In this document: positions 18,821 to 28,675 of the stretch, in pieces
Layout of the letters: the number at the start of each line of letters is the position of its first letter
How positions within the stretch are numbered: position 1 is the stretch's first letter
Assembly: GCA_050692915.1 (NCBI GenBank)
Contig: JBOGVU010000003.1
Coordinates: forward strand, 1,588 to 65,587
Reading direction: 5' to 3'
DNA: 64,000 bases
Origin: Actinomycetota bacterium
GTDB lineage: Bacteria; Actinomycetota; UBA4738; CALAEC01
Notes under the pieces: model-generated
Told to the model about the DNA's origin: nothing
Database searches by the model: none
What the model saw: the letters and a program-made list of their open reading frames with translations, nothing else
Made by a program: the position numbers and the translations under genes

Positions 18821-19036
18821 ATGGCTGAGATGTCCGCCTCGCCCACGGCGATGCTCGCGCCGCGGTGCACCGAGTGTGGTTCGCCGCTGGCGGCGCGCGT
18901 GCTGCCAGAGGTCGTCGTCACGGTCGGGGACCTGAGCGTTCCGTTCCGGCGGGAGACCGATTTCGTCCTGTGCGAACGGTGCCTGGCCACGTACCGGATC
19001 GAGGACGTCCGGGACGGCTTCTCCCAGCCCGTCTGA
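18821..19036 (+). CDS. small CxxC...CxxC zinc-ribbon protein
   Basis: MAEMSASPTAMLAPRCTECGSPL...VLCERCLATY. A GGAGGAG RBS sits 7 nt upstream of the ATG at 18821. Confidence 0.4.
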   Translation: MAEMSASPTAMLAPRCTECGSPLAARVLPEVVVTVGDLSVPFRRETDFVLCERCLATYRIEDVRDGFSQPV

Positions 19037-19079
19037 CCTCTCCGGCCGCCCAGGGGGCAGCGACGCGCAGGTACCGGCG

Positions 19080-19544
19080 TCAACCGAGCAGCCCGAGGAC
19101 TCGGCCGACGGCGTCCTGGGGCGACGCGGCCCGGGTGATGTCCTGGTCTCGATCGACGAACCGCCACGTTCCGAGTCCCACGACCGGCTTCCCCATCTTC
19201 CGGGCCAGGGCGATCTCCGAGAGCGTGCCCCACTCCCCGCCGATGGCGATGACCGCGTCCACGGCCCGAGCGATGATCGCGTTCCTGGCCTCTCCCAGCC
19301 CGGTGGGGATGGCCACGGAGAGATGCTCGCTGGCGCCGAGGCGATCCTCGCCGGGAAGGATGCCCACCACGGCGCCTCCCGCGGCAGCTGCCCCCCGGGC
19401 CGCGGCGTCCATCACGCCGCCGAGGCCCCCGCATACGACCACGGCGCCGGCCTCCGCCAGCCTCCGGCCGACCTCCTCGGCCCACCGCTCCTCTTCCCCG
19501 GTCGCCGCGCCAGGTCCGCACACAGCCACGTAGGGTCCGGTCAT
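19080..19544 (-). CDS. TIGR00725-family Rossmann-fold protein (LOG/SLOG/DprA-like superfamily)
   Basis: MTGPYVAVCGPGAA...VVCGGLGGVMDAAARGA...AIGGEWGTLSE. The start at 19544 overlaps the helicase stop as ATGA. Confidence 0.65.
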   Translation of the reverse strand: MTGPYVAVCGPGAATGEEERWAEEVGRRLAEAGAVVVCGGLGGVMDAAARGAAAAGGAVVGILPGEDRLGASEHLSVAIPTGLGEARNAIIARAVDAVIAIGGEWGTLSEIALARKMGKPVVGLGTWRFVDRDQDITRAASPQDAVGRVLGLLG

Positions 19545-21796
19545 CGAAGCAGCTCGGCGAGGAGCGCGGCGGCTCCCCCCTTGTCCAGAGGCTCGTTGCC
19601 ATTGCCGCACTTCGGCGACTGGACGCAGGACGGGCACCCCGACTGGCACGGGCACGCCCGGATGACCTCGAGCGTGGCTCCGAGCCAGCGCTCCGCGGTG
19701 CCGAAGCCCCGCTCGGTGATGCCCGCCCCGCCCGGGTAGCCGTCGTAGATGAAGATCGCGCACGAGCCGGTGTCGGGGTGGAACGCGGTTGACACCCCTC
19801 CCACGTCCCAACGGTCGCACGTGGCCACCAGGGGCAGGAGGCCGATGGCGGCGTGCTCCGCCGCGTGCGCGGCGCCCGGGAGGTCGGCGGGGGCCACCCC
19901 GGCCCGGGCGATGACCTGGTCGGGGATGGCCCACCACACCGCCCTGGTCTCCAGGGACTGCGGTGGAAGGTCCAGGGGGACCGTATCCAGCGTCTCCCCG
20001 GTCATGTGCAGCTTCCGAACGAACCCCACGACCTGATCGGTCACACGCACGTCCCCGAAGAACATCGGGGTCTCACCGACCTTCGACTCCGTCAGGGCCC
20101 GGAGGACCTCGATGTCGGTGGTATCTCGGGACTGGGTGTACCAGTCGGCATCCGAGGGTCGCACCAGGGCCACGCTTCGGCTTAGGTCGAGCTCGACCAC
20201 CTCGAACTGCTCGCCCTGATGGAGGTAGATGGCTCCGGGGTGGACCTGGAGGAACGCCCTGGACTCGTCGACCGTGCCGAGGAGCGTCCCGGTTCCGGCC
20301 TCCACGATGAGGAACAGTCGTCCCGACGCGGAGCGGATGTCCACGTCCGCGTGAGGGGAGTCCCCGGCGCGAGCGTGGAGCCGGCCCCGCCGGTCCACCA
20401 GCGCCCCGTCCGTCAGGAGGTCGGACGCGACCTCGGCGCCCGCGTCACCGAAGAACGCGACCTCCTCGGGGGCCAAGGGCTGCTCCCTGGCGGCGCACCG
20501 CAGGTGCGGCCCGACCACGTACGGGTTGGTCGGGTCGATCACGGCCGCCTCCGGCGGCTTCCGGAACAGGTCCTCGGGATGCGAAACCAGGTACTGGTCG
20601 AGCGGATCGTCCTGGGCCACCAGGATCGCCAGCGAGGACTCGCTCCGCCGGCCCGCCCTCCCGGCCTGCTGCCACATGGAGGCCCTGGTTCCCGGGTACC
20701 CGGTCAGGATCGATGCGTCGAGCGACCCGATGTCGATCCCGAGCTCGAGCGCCGAGGTGGCCGCCACGGCCAGAAGGTCACCGTCCGCCAGGGCTCGCTC
20801 GAGGGCCCGACGCTCCTCGGGCAGGTACCCGGCCCGATACGCCTTCACCCGACCTCCGACCCCCGGATCGAGGCCGCGGCGGGTCGCGTCGGCCAGGATC
20901 TCTGCCGCCCGCCGCGACCGGGCGAAGGCGATGGCCCGCACGTCCTCCTCGACCAGCCGCGAGAGGAGGAGTGCCCCTTCCGTGATGGCGCTGCCCCGGG
21001 CTCCCGACTCGTCGTCCAGGAGCGGTGGGTTCCACAGGCAGAACAGCTTCTCTCCTCGAGGGGACCGGTCCTCGTCGACGGCCTCGAACGGGACCCCGGC
21101 GAGCCGCTCGGCCAGCTCGGCCGGGTTCCCCACGGTGGCCGATGCCATCACGAACCGCGGCTCACCGCCGTAGTGCGCCACCAGCCGGCGGAGACGCCGG
21201 AGGACCATGGCCACGTGGGACCCGAACACGCCCCTGCACACGTGGGCCTCGTCCACCACGACCAGTGACAGGCGGAGGAAGAAGTCGGCCCAGCGGGCGT
21301 GGCCGGGGAGGATCCCGGCGTGGACCATGTCCGGGTTCGTCAGGATCAGGTTCGCGCTCCGTCTGATCAGCGGCCGCTCGGCGGACGGGGTGTCGCCGTC
21401 GTAGACGGCGGCCCGGATCTGGGGAAGGCGAAGATCGCGGATCTGGCGGAGCTGGTCTCGGGCCAGGGCCTTCGTCGGGAACAGGAACAGCGCCGTGCTC
21501 CGCGGGTCCTCCAGCGCGGCGCGGGCGAAGGCCAGGTCGTACACGAGGGTCTTCCCGCTGGCGGTCCCGGTGGCCACGACCACGTGGTGGCCCTCCTGGA
21601 GGAGCTCCAGGGCTCGGTGCTGATGCGGGTATAGGCCGTCGATCCCCAGGAGGCTCAGCCGGTCGGGGAGAGGGTCCGGAAGGCCGGGGAACGGCGAGGC
21701 GTCGGGCGCGCGGGCCGGAAGGGTCTCGACGTGGATCAGCCGGTCCTGGCTGACGCCTTCATCGGCGAGACGCTGTAGGAACAGCCTGGCGTCCAC
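19541..21796 (-). CDS. DEAD/DEAH-box helicase with C-terminal DUF1998 four-Cys domain (MrfA/YprA-like; mycobacterial Rv3649-like)
   Basis: Motif I ATGTASGKT, motif II VVVDEAH, motif VI QQAGRAGRR, C-terminal CPCQSGCPSCV...KCGNGNEP. Probable GTG start at VDARLFLQRL (21796). Upstream part of the track ORF is an artefact. Confidence 0.85.
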   Translation of the reverse strand: MDARLFLQRLADEGVSQDRLIHVETLPARAPDASPFPGLPDPLPDRLSLLGIDGLYPHQHRALELLQEGHHVVVATGTASGKTLVYDLAFARAALEDPRSTALFLFPTKALARDQLRQIRDLRLPQIRAAVYDGDTPSAERPLIRRSANLILTNPDMVHAGILPGHARWADFFLRLSLVVVDEAHVCRGVFGSHVAMVLRRLRRLVAHYGGEPRFVMASATVGNPAELAERLAGVPFEAVDEDRSPRGEKLFCLWNPPLLDDESGARGSAITEGALLLSRLVEEDVRAIAFARSRRAAEILADATRRGLDPGVGGRVKAYRAGYLPEERRALERALADGDLLAVAATSALELGIDIGSLDASILTGYPGTRASMWQQAGRAGRRSESSLAILVAQDDPLDQYLVSHPEDLFRKPPEAAVIDPTNPYVVGPHLRCAAREQPLAPEEVAFFGDAGAEVASDLLTDGALVDRRGRLHARAGDSPHADVDIRSASGRLFLIVEAGTGTLLGTVDESRAFLQVHPGAIYLHQGEQFEVVELDLSRSVALVRPSDADWYTQSRDTTDIEVLRALTESKVGETPMFFGDVRVTDQVVGFVRKLHMTGETLDTVPLDLPPQSLETRAVWWAIPDQVIARAGVAPADLPGAAHAAEHAAIGLLPLVATCDRWDVGGVSTAFHPDTGSCAIFIYDGYPGGAGITERGFGTAERWLGATLEVIRACPCQSGCPSCVQSPKCGNGNEPLDKGGAAALLAELLR

Positions 21797-21854
21797 CGGC
21801 CCATGGTGCCACGCGGGGCCGGGGACGACCGGGGGTCCGGTATGCTTCGGGCCC

Positions 21855-23111
21855 GTGCGACGCGCCGCCCTGCTGAGGCCCTCGTCGGTCCTGGCCCTGA
21901 CGTCTCCGATCCCCGGCCTGGCGGCTCGCTTCGATCTCCTGCACGTGCCGCTCGTCCTGGAGACGACGCTGTTCGGGGTGGCGATCCTGGGCGCCGCCTT
22001 CGTGCTGTCGTGGGCGGCTGAGGTGGCACAGCTGGACATCTCCCAGACGCTGGCCATCGCCGTCTTGGCCCTGATCGCGGTGCTGCCCGAGTACGCGGTC
22101 GACCTGTTCCTGGCGTTCCGGGCCGGGCAGGGCGACGAGGAGGCTCGTCACCTGGCCGTGGCGAACATGACCGGGGCCAACCGGCTGCTGATCGGCATCG
22201 GGTGGGCCGCCGTGGTCCTGATCTTCGTCCTGAAGACGAAGCAGCGCGGGGTGCAGCTCCGGAACGAGCAGCGTACCGACGTCGGGTTCCTGCTCCTGGC
22301 CACCCTGTGGGCGTTCACGATCCCCCTGCGCGGGGAGCTGTCGGTCCTGGACCTCGGGGTGCTGGGGACCCTGTTCATCTTCTACATCATCCGCGCCGCC
22401 AGGGAGGAGGTGGAGGAGCCGGACCTGATCGGCGCGGCCGCCGCCCTGGGAGCCCTGCCGAAGGTTCCGCGCCGGATCACCACGCTCCTCCTGTTCGTCT
22501 TCTCGGCGGCCGTCATTCTCGTGGTGGCCGAAGGGTTCGCGGAGGGCCTCCAGGAGATCGGCGATGAGTTCGGCATCAGCAAGTTCCTCCTGATCCAGTG
22601 GGTGGCTCCGCTGGCCTCGGAGGCGCCGGAGATGATCATCGCCATCCTGTTCACCCTTCGGTTGAAGGCCCAGGCCGGGCTGGGCACCCTGATCTCCTCG
22701 AAGGTGAACCAGTGGACCCTGCTGGTGGGGAGCCTCCCCCTGGTGTTCTCACTGGCCGGCGCCGGCCTGAACACTCCCATGGAGATGGACGCCCGCCAGG
22801 TCGAGGAGGTCTTCCTCACCGCGGCCCAGTCTCTGTTCGCCGTGGCCGTGATCGCCAGCCTGTCCGTCTCCCGGACTGAGGCGGTGGTGTTGCTGGTGCT
22901 GTTCCTGGGTCAGTTTGGCTTCGAGGACTCCACCATCCGGTACGGGTTCGCGTTCGGGTACCTTGCGTTGGCGGGCGGGATGATTGTGTTCAGCAGGGAG
23001 GTCAGGGTGAACCTGGTCCGCTCGCTGGCCCACGTCTTCACGCCGGGCCGCCGGGCCCGCCGGGACCGCCCCCCGGGACCGCCGCGGGGGCAGACCATCG
23101 AGCCTGGTTAG
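21855..23111 (+). CDS. CaCA-family cation/Ca2+ exchanger-like membrane protein
   Basis: Two alpha-repeat-like segments (LPEYAVDLF and PLASEAPEMIIAI), about 10 TMs. Confidence 0.6.
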   Translation: MRRAALLRPSSVLALTSPIPGLAARFDLLHVPLVLETTLFGVAILGAAFVLSWAAEVAQLDISQTLAIAVLALIAVLPEYAVDLFLAFRAGQGDEEARHLAVANMTGANRLLIGIGWAAVVLIFVLKTKQRGVQLRNEQRTDVGFLLLATLWAFTIPLRGELSVLDLGVLGTLFIFYIIRAAREEVEEPDLIGAAAALGALPKVPRRITTLLLFVFSAAVILVVAEGFAEGLQEIGDEFGISKFLLIQWVAPLASEAPEMIIAILFTLRLKAQAGLGTLISSKVNQWTLLVGSLPLVFSLAGAGLNTPMEMDARQVEEVFLTAAQSLFAVAVIASLSVSRTEAVVLLVLFLGQFGFEDSTIRYGFAFGYLALAGGMIVFSREVRVNLVRSLAHVFTPGRRARRDRPPGPPRGQTIEPG

Positions 23112-24034
23112 GGCTCGAGCAGGCCGTCGTCGGCGATGTCGGCGAAGACGGCGTCGGCCTCGCCGCCGAGGGTGACGATGCTGGCCCCGCCGGCGCTCCC
23201 GATGCCGCCGGGCGTCACCCGGTTCACCACCTTGTTCGGGTTCACGTTCAGGGAGGCCATCGAGAGCTGGAACAGCTCCACCGCCGAGAGGTCGGTCTGG
23301 ATGTGCTCCATCCCGGACACGATCCACGTGAACAGGCTGAACGGGTCTCGCCGGATGTCCTTGCGGAATTGCTCCAGGGCCCCCAGCATCACGAGCCCCT
23401 GGTTCTCCGACCGGCTGAAGTCGCCGTTCGGCGTGTTCTTGCGGTTCCTGGCGAAGGCCAGGGCCTGCTTCCCGTCCAGCTCCTGCAGGCCGGCCTCGAA
23501 CACCGCGCCCGAGGCCGCGTCGTTCATGGCGTATGGGATCTCCACCTCGATGCCGTCGACCGAGTTGACCATCTTCTTCAGCCCGGCGAACGACGTCAGG
23601 AAGTAGCTGTCGATGTCCACCCCCACGAGGTCCTCGACGGTCTGGACCACAAGCTCGGGGCCGCCGGCGAACAGCGCGTTGTTGATCTTCTGGGTTCCCA
23701 CACCGGGGATCGGGACGTAGGAGTCCCTGGGGAACCCGAGGATCGAGGCGCCACCCTGCCTGGGATTGATGCCGATCAGGTGGATCGAGTCCGCCAGGCA
23801 CCGCTCCACGGGCTCGCACACCCCGGGGCGGGCGTCGCTGCCGATCGCCAGGACGAACATGGCCCGCTTCCCGGCCACGTCGGCGAAGCTCGGCAGGAAC
23901 GACGAGTCGACCGGATGGCCGAGCGGTGCGGGGGGAGTCGCCTGAGCCCCGGCCGGAGGTGGCTCGGCCAGCATGACTCCGCCGGCGATCCACACCGCCA
24001 CGGCAAGGAACAGCGCCACCATCGAGCGCTTCAT
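23108..24034 (-). CDS. LytR-CpsA-Psr (LCP) family cell-wall polymer phosphotransferase
   Basis: N-terminal TM anchor, then the LCP core ...RQGGASILGFPRDSYVPIPG... Confidence 0.8.
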   Translation of the reverse strand: MKRSMVALFLAVAVWIAGGVMLAEPPPAGAQATPPAPLGHPVDSSFLPSFADVAGKRAMFVLAIGSDARPGVCEPVERCLADSIHLIGINPRQGGASILGFPRDSYVPIPGVGTQKINNALFAGGPELVVQTVEDLVGVDIDSYFLTSFAGLKKMVNSVDGIEVEIPYAMNDAASGAVFEAGLQELDGKQALAFARNRKNTPNGDFSRSENQGLVMLGALEQFRKDIRRDPFSLFTWIVSGMEHIQTDLSAVELFQLSMASLNVNPNKVVNRVTPGGIGSAGGASIVTLGGEADAVFADIADDGLLEP

Positions 24035-24717
24035 GGCGTCGGCCCCGCTTCGGGGACGGCGCGCCCCGGCCCCGTCAGCCGTTTCCCGGCCTGCACCACG
24101 CCCTCCACCTCGTATCCGCCGACCATCCAGCGGCCACCCTCCGGCTGGAGGTAGTAGGTGCCTCGGTGGATGACGAACATCGGCCCGCCCCCATCGAGCT
24201 GGCCGTCGGCCACGAACCGTGCGGTGGCGACGCCCCCGACCGGCTCGCTCTCACCATCGAGGAGCACCCTGATCTTGAGCACCCCGAGCGCCGGTTCTAC
24301 GAACGCGACCTGTCCGACCTCGCCTCCGAGCGTGACCTGGTGGAGTTCGCCGGAGGCCCTCTCCGCCGCAGGCTCGGTGAACCGCTCGAGCACCTCGGGG
24401 AACGTCCCGCCCTCCCACTTCGCTGGATCGACGAAGCCGGCGACGTACATCGCATCGAGCGTCTCGCGGATCCCCTCCGCGGCCGCCTCGACGTCCTGGG
24501 CCGACACGTCGCCGCCCGGCGCCGTGCCGTTGACCTTCGAGAGGTCGAACGAGAAGTCGGGAACGGGACGGTCCGATCCGCCGATCTGGAGCGGCGCGCC
24601 GTCACGGAGCAGGAACCACCACGCTCCGACGCCGATGGCGCCGAGCACGAGGAGGCCGAGCACGATCGCTACCGCACGGCGTCCCCCGCCTCGCTGTCGG
24701 TGGGCCCCCCCTCGCAT
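24031..24717 (-). CDS. membrane-anchored hypothetical protein, possible LytR_C-like partner of the LCP gene
   Basis: Single N-terminal TM (AVAIVLGLLVLGAIGVGAWWFLL) plus about 190 aa extracytoplasmic region. ATGA overlap with the LCP start. Confidence 0.45.
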   Translation of the reverse strand: MRGGAHRQRGGGRRAVAIVLGLLVLGAIGVGAWWFLLRDGAPLQIGGSDRPVPDFSFDLSKVNGTAPGGDVSAQDVEAAAEGIRETLDAMYVAGFVDPAKWEGGTFPEVLERFTEPAAERASGELHQVTLGGEVGQVAFVEPALGVLKIRVLLDGESEPVGGVATARFVADGQLDGGGPMFVIHRGTYYLQPEGGRWMVGGYEVEGVVQAGKRLTGPGRAVPEAGPTP

Positions 24718-24844
24718 CGGCCGGGGAGACTATCAGACACATGGGGTCCCGCTTCAAGCACCCGCCGCTGATAGGTAGGATGCCGTGGGGTGCCGGGAAG
24801 CCTGGTCGGCGAATCGGTGCCCCTTGTCTTTTGCGGAGGACGTG

Positions 24845-26020
24845 ATGGAGAGCCAGTCGGTCCTGCTCGACCTGTTCATCCTGTTCGCCGCGGCGAAGAT
24901 CGCGGGCGAGCTCTTCGAGGCCATCCGTCAGCCGGCCGTGGTCGGGGAGCTGCTGGCCGGCGTGATCGTGGGGCCGCACGTGCTGGGCCTCCTCGGGGGA
25001 GGCGGGACGGACGTTCTCGAGGTCGTGGCCGAGCTCGGCGTGATCATCCTGCTGTTCACCGTGGGGCTGGAGACGAGCCTCGCCGACCTGCGGAGGGTCG
25101 GACGCCCCGCCCTGCTCGTCGGGATGCTCGGCGTGGCCCTGCCGTTCGCCGCCGGCATGGGCCTGATGATCGTGCTCGGCTACGAGCGCGCCGACTCGCT
25201 CTTCGTCTCTGCCGCCATCGTGGCCACGAGCGTCGGGGTGACGGCTCGGGTCCTCCGGGACCTCGGGGCGGTCAACACCACGGCGGCCCGGGTGATCCTG
25301 GGCGCGGCCGTGGTCGACGACATCCTGGCCATCATGCTGCTGGCCGTGGTCTCCGGCCTGGCCGTGGGTGACCTCTCCACGGTCGAGCTCGTGGTCCTGG
25401 TCGTGGAGGTGCTGGTCTTCCTGACCATCGTCCTGTTCCTGGGGCCCAAGGCCATCCGGCGGCTCTCCTCGATCGTCCGGGTCCCCGGCATCCCGGACTC
25501 TCCCTTCTTGGTGGCGGTCCTGCTGACCCTGGGGCTGGCCGCGGCCTCCGAGGTCATCGGCCTGGCCGCGATCATCGGGGCGTTCCTGGCGGGGCTGATC
25601 TTCGAGTTCCGGAAGGAGGAGGTGGCCACCCAGATCGAGCCGGTGTACGAGTTCCTGGTGCCCTTCTTCTTCGCCATCACCGGCAGTCAGCTCGACCCCT
25701 TCGTCTTCGGCGACCCCGGCATCCTGGGGCTGGCGGCGATGGTGACGGCCATCGCCGTGGTCACGAAGGTTCTGGGCGGGTACGCGGGCTCGGTCGGCCT
25801 GGAGCGCCGAACCCGGCTCACCGTCGGGGTGGGGATGGTCCCCCGGGGGGAGGTCGGCCTGATCGTGGCCTCCCTCGGGCTCGGGCTGGGCCTCGACGCG
25901 GAGCTCTTCGGCGTGGTCATTGCCATGACCGTGGTCACCACGATCGTGACGCCGCCGGTGATGAGCCCGCTGGTCCGCAGGGAACGCGCTGGCGTTCGGA
26001 CGGAGCGCGCCGAGGGCTAG
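24845..26020 (+). CDS. monovalent cation:proton antiporter (CPA2 / Kef-type)
   Basis: MESQSVLLDLFILFAAAKIAGELFEAIRQPAVVGELLAGVIVGP, a typical Kef/NapA N-terminus, with 12–13 TMs. Confidence 0.8.
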   Translation: MESQSVLLDLFILFAAAKIAGELFEAIRQPAVVGELLAGVIVGPHVLGLLGGGGTDVLEVVAELGVIILLFTVGLETSLADLRRVGRPALLVGMLGVALPFAAGMGLMIVLGYERADSLFVSAAIVATSVGVTARVLRDLGAVNTTAARVILGAAVVDDILAIMLLAVVSGLAVGDLSTVELVVLVVEVLVFLTIVLFLGPKAIRRLSSIVRVPGIPDSPFLVAVLLTLGLAAASEVIGLAAIIGAFLAGLIFEFRKEEVATQIEPVYEFLVPFFFAITGSQLDPFVFGDPGILGLAAMVTAIAVVTKVLGGYAGSVGLERRTRLTVGVGMVPRGEVGLIVASLGLGLGLDAELFGVVIAMTVVTTIVTPPVMSPLVRRERAGVRTERAEG

Positions 26021-26069
26021 GCTATAATCCGCGGGCTTCGACGCCCGTCCCCTTGAGGAGGAACGAACG

Positions 26070-28304
26070 ATGACCGTGTTGGCCCAGGAAGGCGGCCGTA
26101 TCGCGGCCGAGTTCGGGCCGTTCGAGGACAACGCTCTGCTCGTGATCCTGGCCATCTCGGTGCTGGCGCTGGTGGTGGCCTATGTCCTCATGCAGGGCGT
26201 CCTGGCGGCGCCCCAAGGGACCGAACGGATGCGCGAGATCGCCCGGGCCATCCAGATCGGCAGCCGAGCGTACCTCAACCGCCAGTTCCGCACGGTCGGC
26301 ACGTTCCTGGTGCTCCTCACCATCGCCATCTACTTCCTCCTTCCGGCGCCGGCGGACGCGGCGCACTCGGAGACGTCGATCCGGCTGGGACGGTCGGTGG
26401 CCTTCATCCTCGGGGCCGCCTTCTCGGCCATCACCGGGTTCGTCGGCATGTGGCTCGCCGTGCGGGGGAACGTGCGCGTGGCGAACGCCGCCCGGGAGGC
26501 CGGGCTGCGGCAGGCGCTCACGCTCGCCTTCCGCACGGGGGGCGTGGCCGGGATGTTCACCGTGGGGCTGGGCCTGCTCGGAGCGACGGCCATCCTGATG
26601 CTCTACAAGCAGGACGCCACCAGCGTGCTGGTCGGGTTCGGATTCGGCGGAGCGCTCCTGGCCATGTTCATGCGGGTGGGCGGGGGCATCTTCACGAAGG
26701 CGGCCGACGTCGGAGCCGACCTGGTCGGCAAGGTCGAAAAGAACATCCCCGAGGACGACCCCCGAAACGCGGCCACGATCGCCGACAACGTCGGGGACAA
26801 CGTGGGCGACTGCGCCGGGATGGCCGCCGACCTGTTCGAGTCGTACGAGGTGACCCTGGTTGCCTCGATCATCCTGGGGGCCGCGGCCTACGCCGGGACG
26901 CCCGAGGGAGCCATCGTGGGGGTCATGTTTCCGCTGCTGGTCCGGGCCGTGGGCGTCATCACGTCGATCGTGGGGATCTACTCGGTGCGGCCACGCTCGG
27001 AGACCGAGCACGGCATGCGGGCCGTCAACCGGGGGTTCTTCTTCTCGGCCGTGCTGTCGGCCGCGGCCGTCTACTTCGTGGCCGATCTCTACGTCGACGA
27101 CCTCCGGGTGTTCTGGGCCGTTGTCATCGGCCTGGTGCTGGCGGGCGTCATCTCGGTCCTGACCGAGCACTTCACCTCCACGAAGCGGAGGCCGGTCAGG
27201 GAGATCGCCGAGTCGTCCCAGACCGGGCCGGCCACCACGATCCTGTCGGGGTTCTCGGTCGGGCTGGAGTCGACGGTGTGGGCGATCCTGGTCATCGCCG
27301 TGACCGTGATGGCCTCGTTCCTGCTCGGAGACACCACGGCCGAGCGGCTGTACTTCATCTCCCTGGTCGGAATGGGGATGCTCACCACCGTGGGCGTGAT
27401 CGTGTCGATGGACACGTTCGGGCCCGTCGCCGACAACGCGCAGGGCATCGCGGAGATGTCCGGCGAGTTCGAGGGGAAGCCGGCCGAGATCCTGCAGGGG
27501 CTCGACGCCGTGGGGAACTCGACGAAGGCCATCACCAAGGGGATCGCCATCGCCACCGCGGTGATCGCGGCGACGTCGCTGTTCGGCTCGTTCGAGGAGG
27601 CCGTGGGCGGCGCCGGCTTCGAGATCCGGCTCAACCACCCCGACGTGCTCGTGGGCCTCCTGATCGGCGGGTCCATCGCGTTCCTGTTCTCGTCCCTGGC
27701 CATCCGGGCGGTCGGACGGGCCGCCGCCCAGGTCGTGGTGGAGGTCCGGAACCAGTTCCGGGATCACCCTGGGATCATGGAGGGCACGGAGCTGCCGGAC
27801 TACGGCCGGGTGGTCGACATCTGCACGCGGACCTCGCTGCGCGAGCTGATGACGCCGGGCCTCCTGGCGGTGCTGGCCCCGATCCTGGTTGGCTTCGCCC
27901 TGGAGGCCGAGGCCCTCGGCGCCTACCTGGCCGGGGCCATCCTCACCGGACAGCTCCTCGCGGTGATGCTGTCGAACTCCGGAGGCGCCTGGGACAATGC
28001 CAAGAAGCTGGTGGAGGAGGGGCTGTACGGAGGGAAGGGGTCCGAGCCGCACATGGCCACGGTGATCGGGGACACGGTCGGCGATCCCTTCAAGGACACC
28101 GCCGGCCCCGCCCTGAACCCGCTGATCAAGGTGATGAACCTGGTGGCCCTGCTGATCGCGCCGCTGGTGGTGAGCTTCGCCGACGACACCGCCGTTCGGG
28201 TCGCGGTGGCCGCCGGGAGCGGCCTCGTGCTGGCCGGGGCGATCTGGTACTCGAAGCGCCTCAAGACCGAAGAGCTCGTGGGGCCCGTCGCGGAGGCCCC
28301 GTAG
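26070..28304 (+). CDS. hppA: membrane-bound proton/sodium-translocating pyrophosphatase
   Basis: 744 aa. Contains [52 protein letters not shown] and [14 protein letters not shown], the hallmark H+-PPase motifs. Confidence 0.95.
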   Translation: MTVLAQEGGRIAAEFGPFEDNALLVILAISVLALVVAYVLMQGVLAAPQGTERMREIARAIQIGSRAYLNRQFRTVGTFLVLLTIAIYFLLPAPADAAHSETSIRLGRSVAFILGAAFSAITGFVGMWLAVRGNVRVANAAREAGLRQALTLAFRTGGVAGMFTVGLGLLGATAILMLYKQDATSVLVGFGFGGALLAMFMRVGGGIFTKAADVGADLVGKVEKNIPEDDPRNAATIADNVGDNVGDCAGMAADLFESYEVTLVASIILGAAAYAGTPEGAIVGVMFPLLVRAVGVITSIVGIYSVRPRSETEHGMRAVNRGFFFSAVLSAAAVYFVADLYVDDLRVFWAVVIGLVLAGVISVLTEHFTSTKRRPVREIAESSQTGPATTILSGFSVGLESTVWAILVIAVTVMASFLLGDTTAERLYFISLVGMGMLTTVGVIVSMDTFGPVADNAQGIAEMSGEFEGKPAEILQGLDAVGNSTKAITKGIAIATAVIAATSLFGSFEEAVGGAGFEIRLNHPDVLVGLLIGGSIAFLFSSLAIRAVGRAAAQVVVEVRNQFRDHPGIMEGTELPDYGRVVDICTRTSLRELMTPGLLAVLAPILVGFALEAEALGAYLAGAILTGQLLAVMLSNSGGAWDNAKKLVEEGLYGGKGSEPHMATVIGDTVGDPFKDTAGPALNPLIKVMNLVALLIAPLVVSFADDTAVRVAVAAGSGLVLAGAIWYSKRLKTEELVGPVAEAP

Positions 28305-28312
28305 GAGATCCG

Positions 28313-28669
28313 ATGGGCTGGCTCCGGCGGATGCGCCGGTTCTTCACGCAGTCCGACGAGGAACGCCTGGCGTCCGAGATCCGGGGCTGGGCTGAGGGCG
28401 TCCCCGGGACCCGCCGGATCGCCGGATGCCCCAGCCGGGAGGAGGTCAGGCTCGCGGGCATGGTCAGCCGGCTCCGGCTCCGGCCTATGAACGGGTCGAT
28501 GACCCTGGAGGCCGTCATCTCCGACGGCACCGGCGAGGTCACGGCCTCGTGGACCGGCCGGAGCCACATCCCCGGCCTCACGCTCGGCACGCCGGTGGTC
28601 CTCGAGGGCGTCGTGGCCCAGGACAGGAGCGGGCTCCGGATGGTCAACCCCAGGTTCGAGTTCGCCTGA
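28313..28669 (+). CDS. OB-fold (tRNA_anti-like) domain protein
   Basis: 118 aa, the tail of track ORF 26450..28669: ...[41 protein letters not shown]... Confidence 0.5.
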   Translation: MGWLRRMRRFFTQSDEERLASEIRGWAEGVPGTRRIAGCPSREEVRLAGMVSRLRLRPMNGSMTLEAVISDGTGEVTASWTGRSHIPGLTLGTPVVLEGVVAQDRSGLRMVNPRFEFA

Positions 28670-28675
28670 CGGCGG

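Noticed and set aside
19541-22057. Helicase as a DISARM DrmA-like defence gene
   Set aside because: No DrmB, DrmC or methyltransferase nearby. Domain order and neighbourhood fit the housekeeping MrfA/Rv3649-type repair helicase.
26450-28669. 739-aa plus-strand ORF overlapping hppA in another frame
   Set aside because: Only its last 118 aa, the OB-fold protein starting at 28313, are real. The remainder is an out-of-frame read-through of the hppA region.
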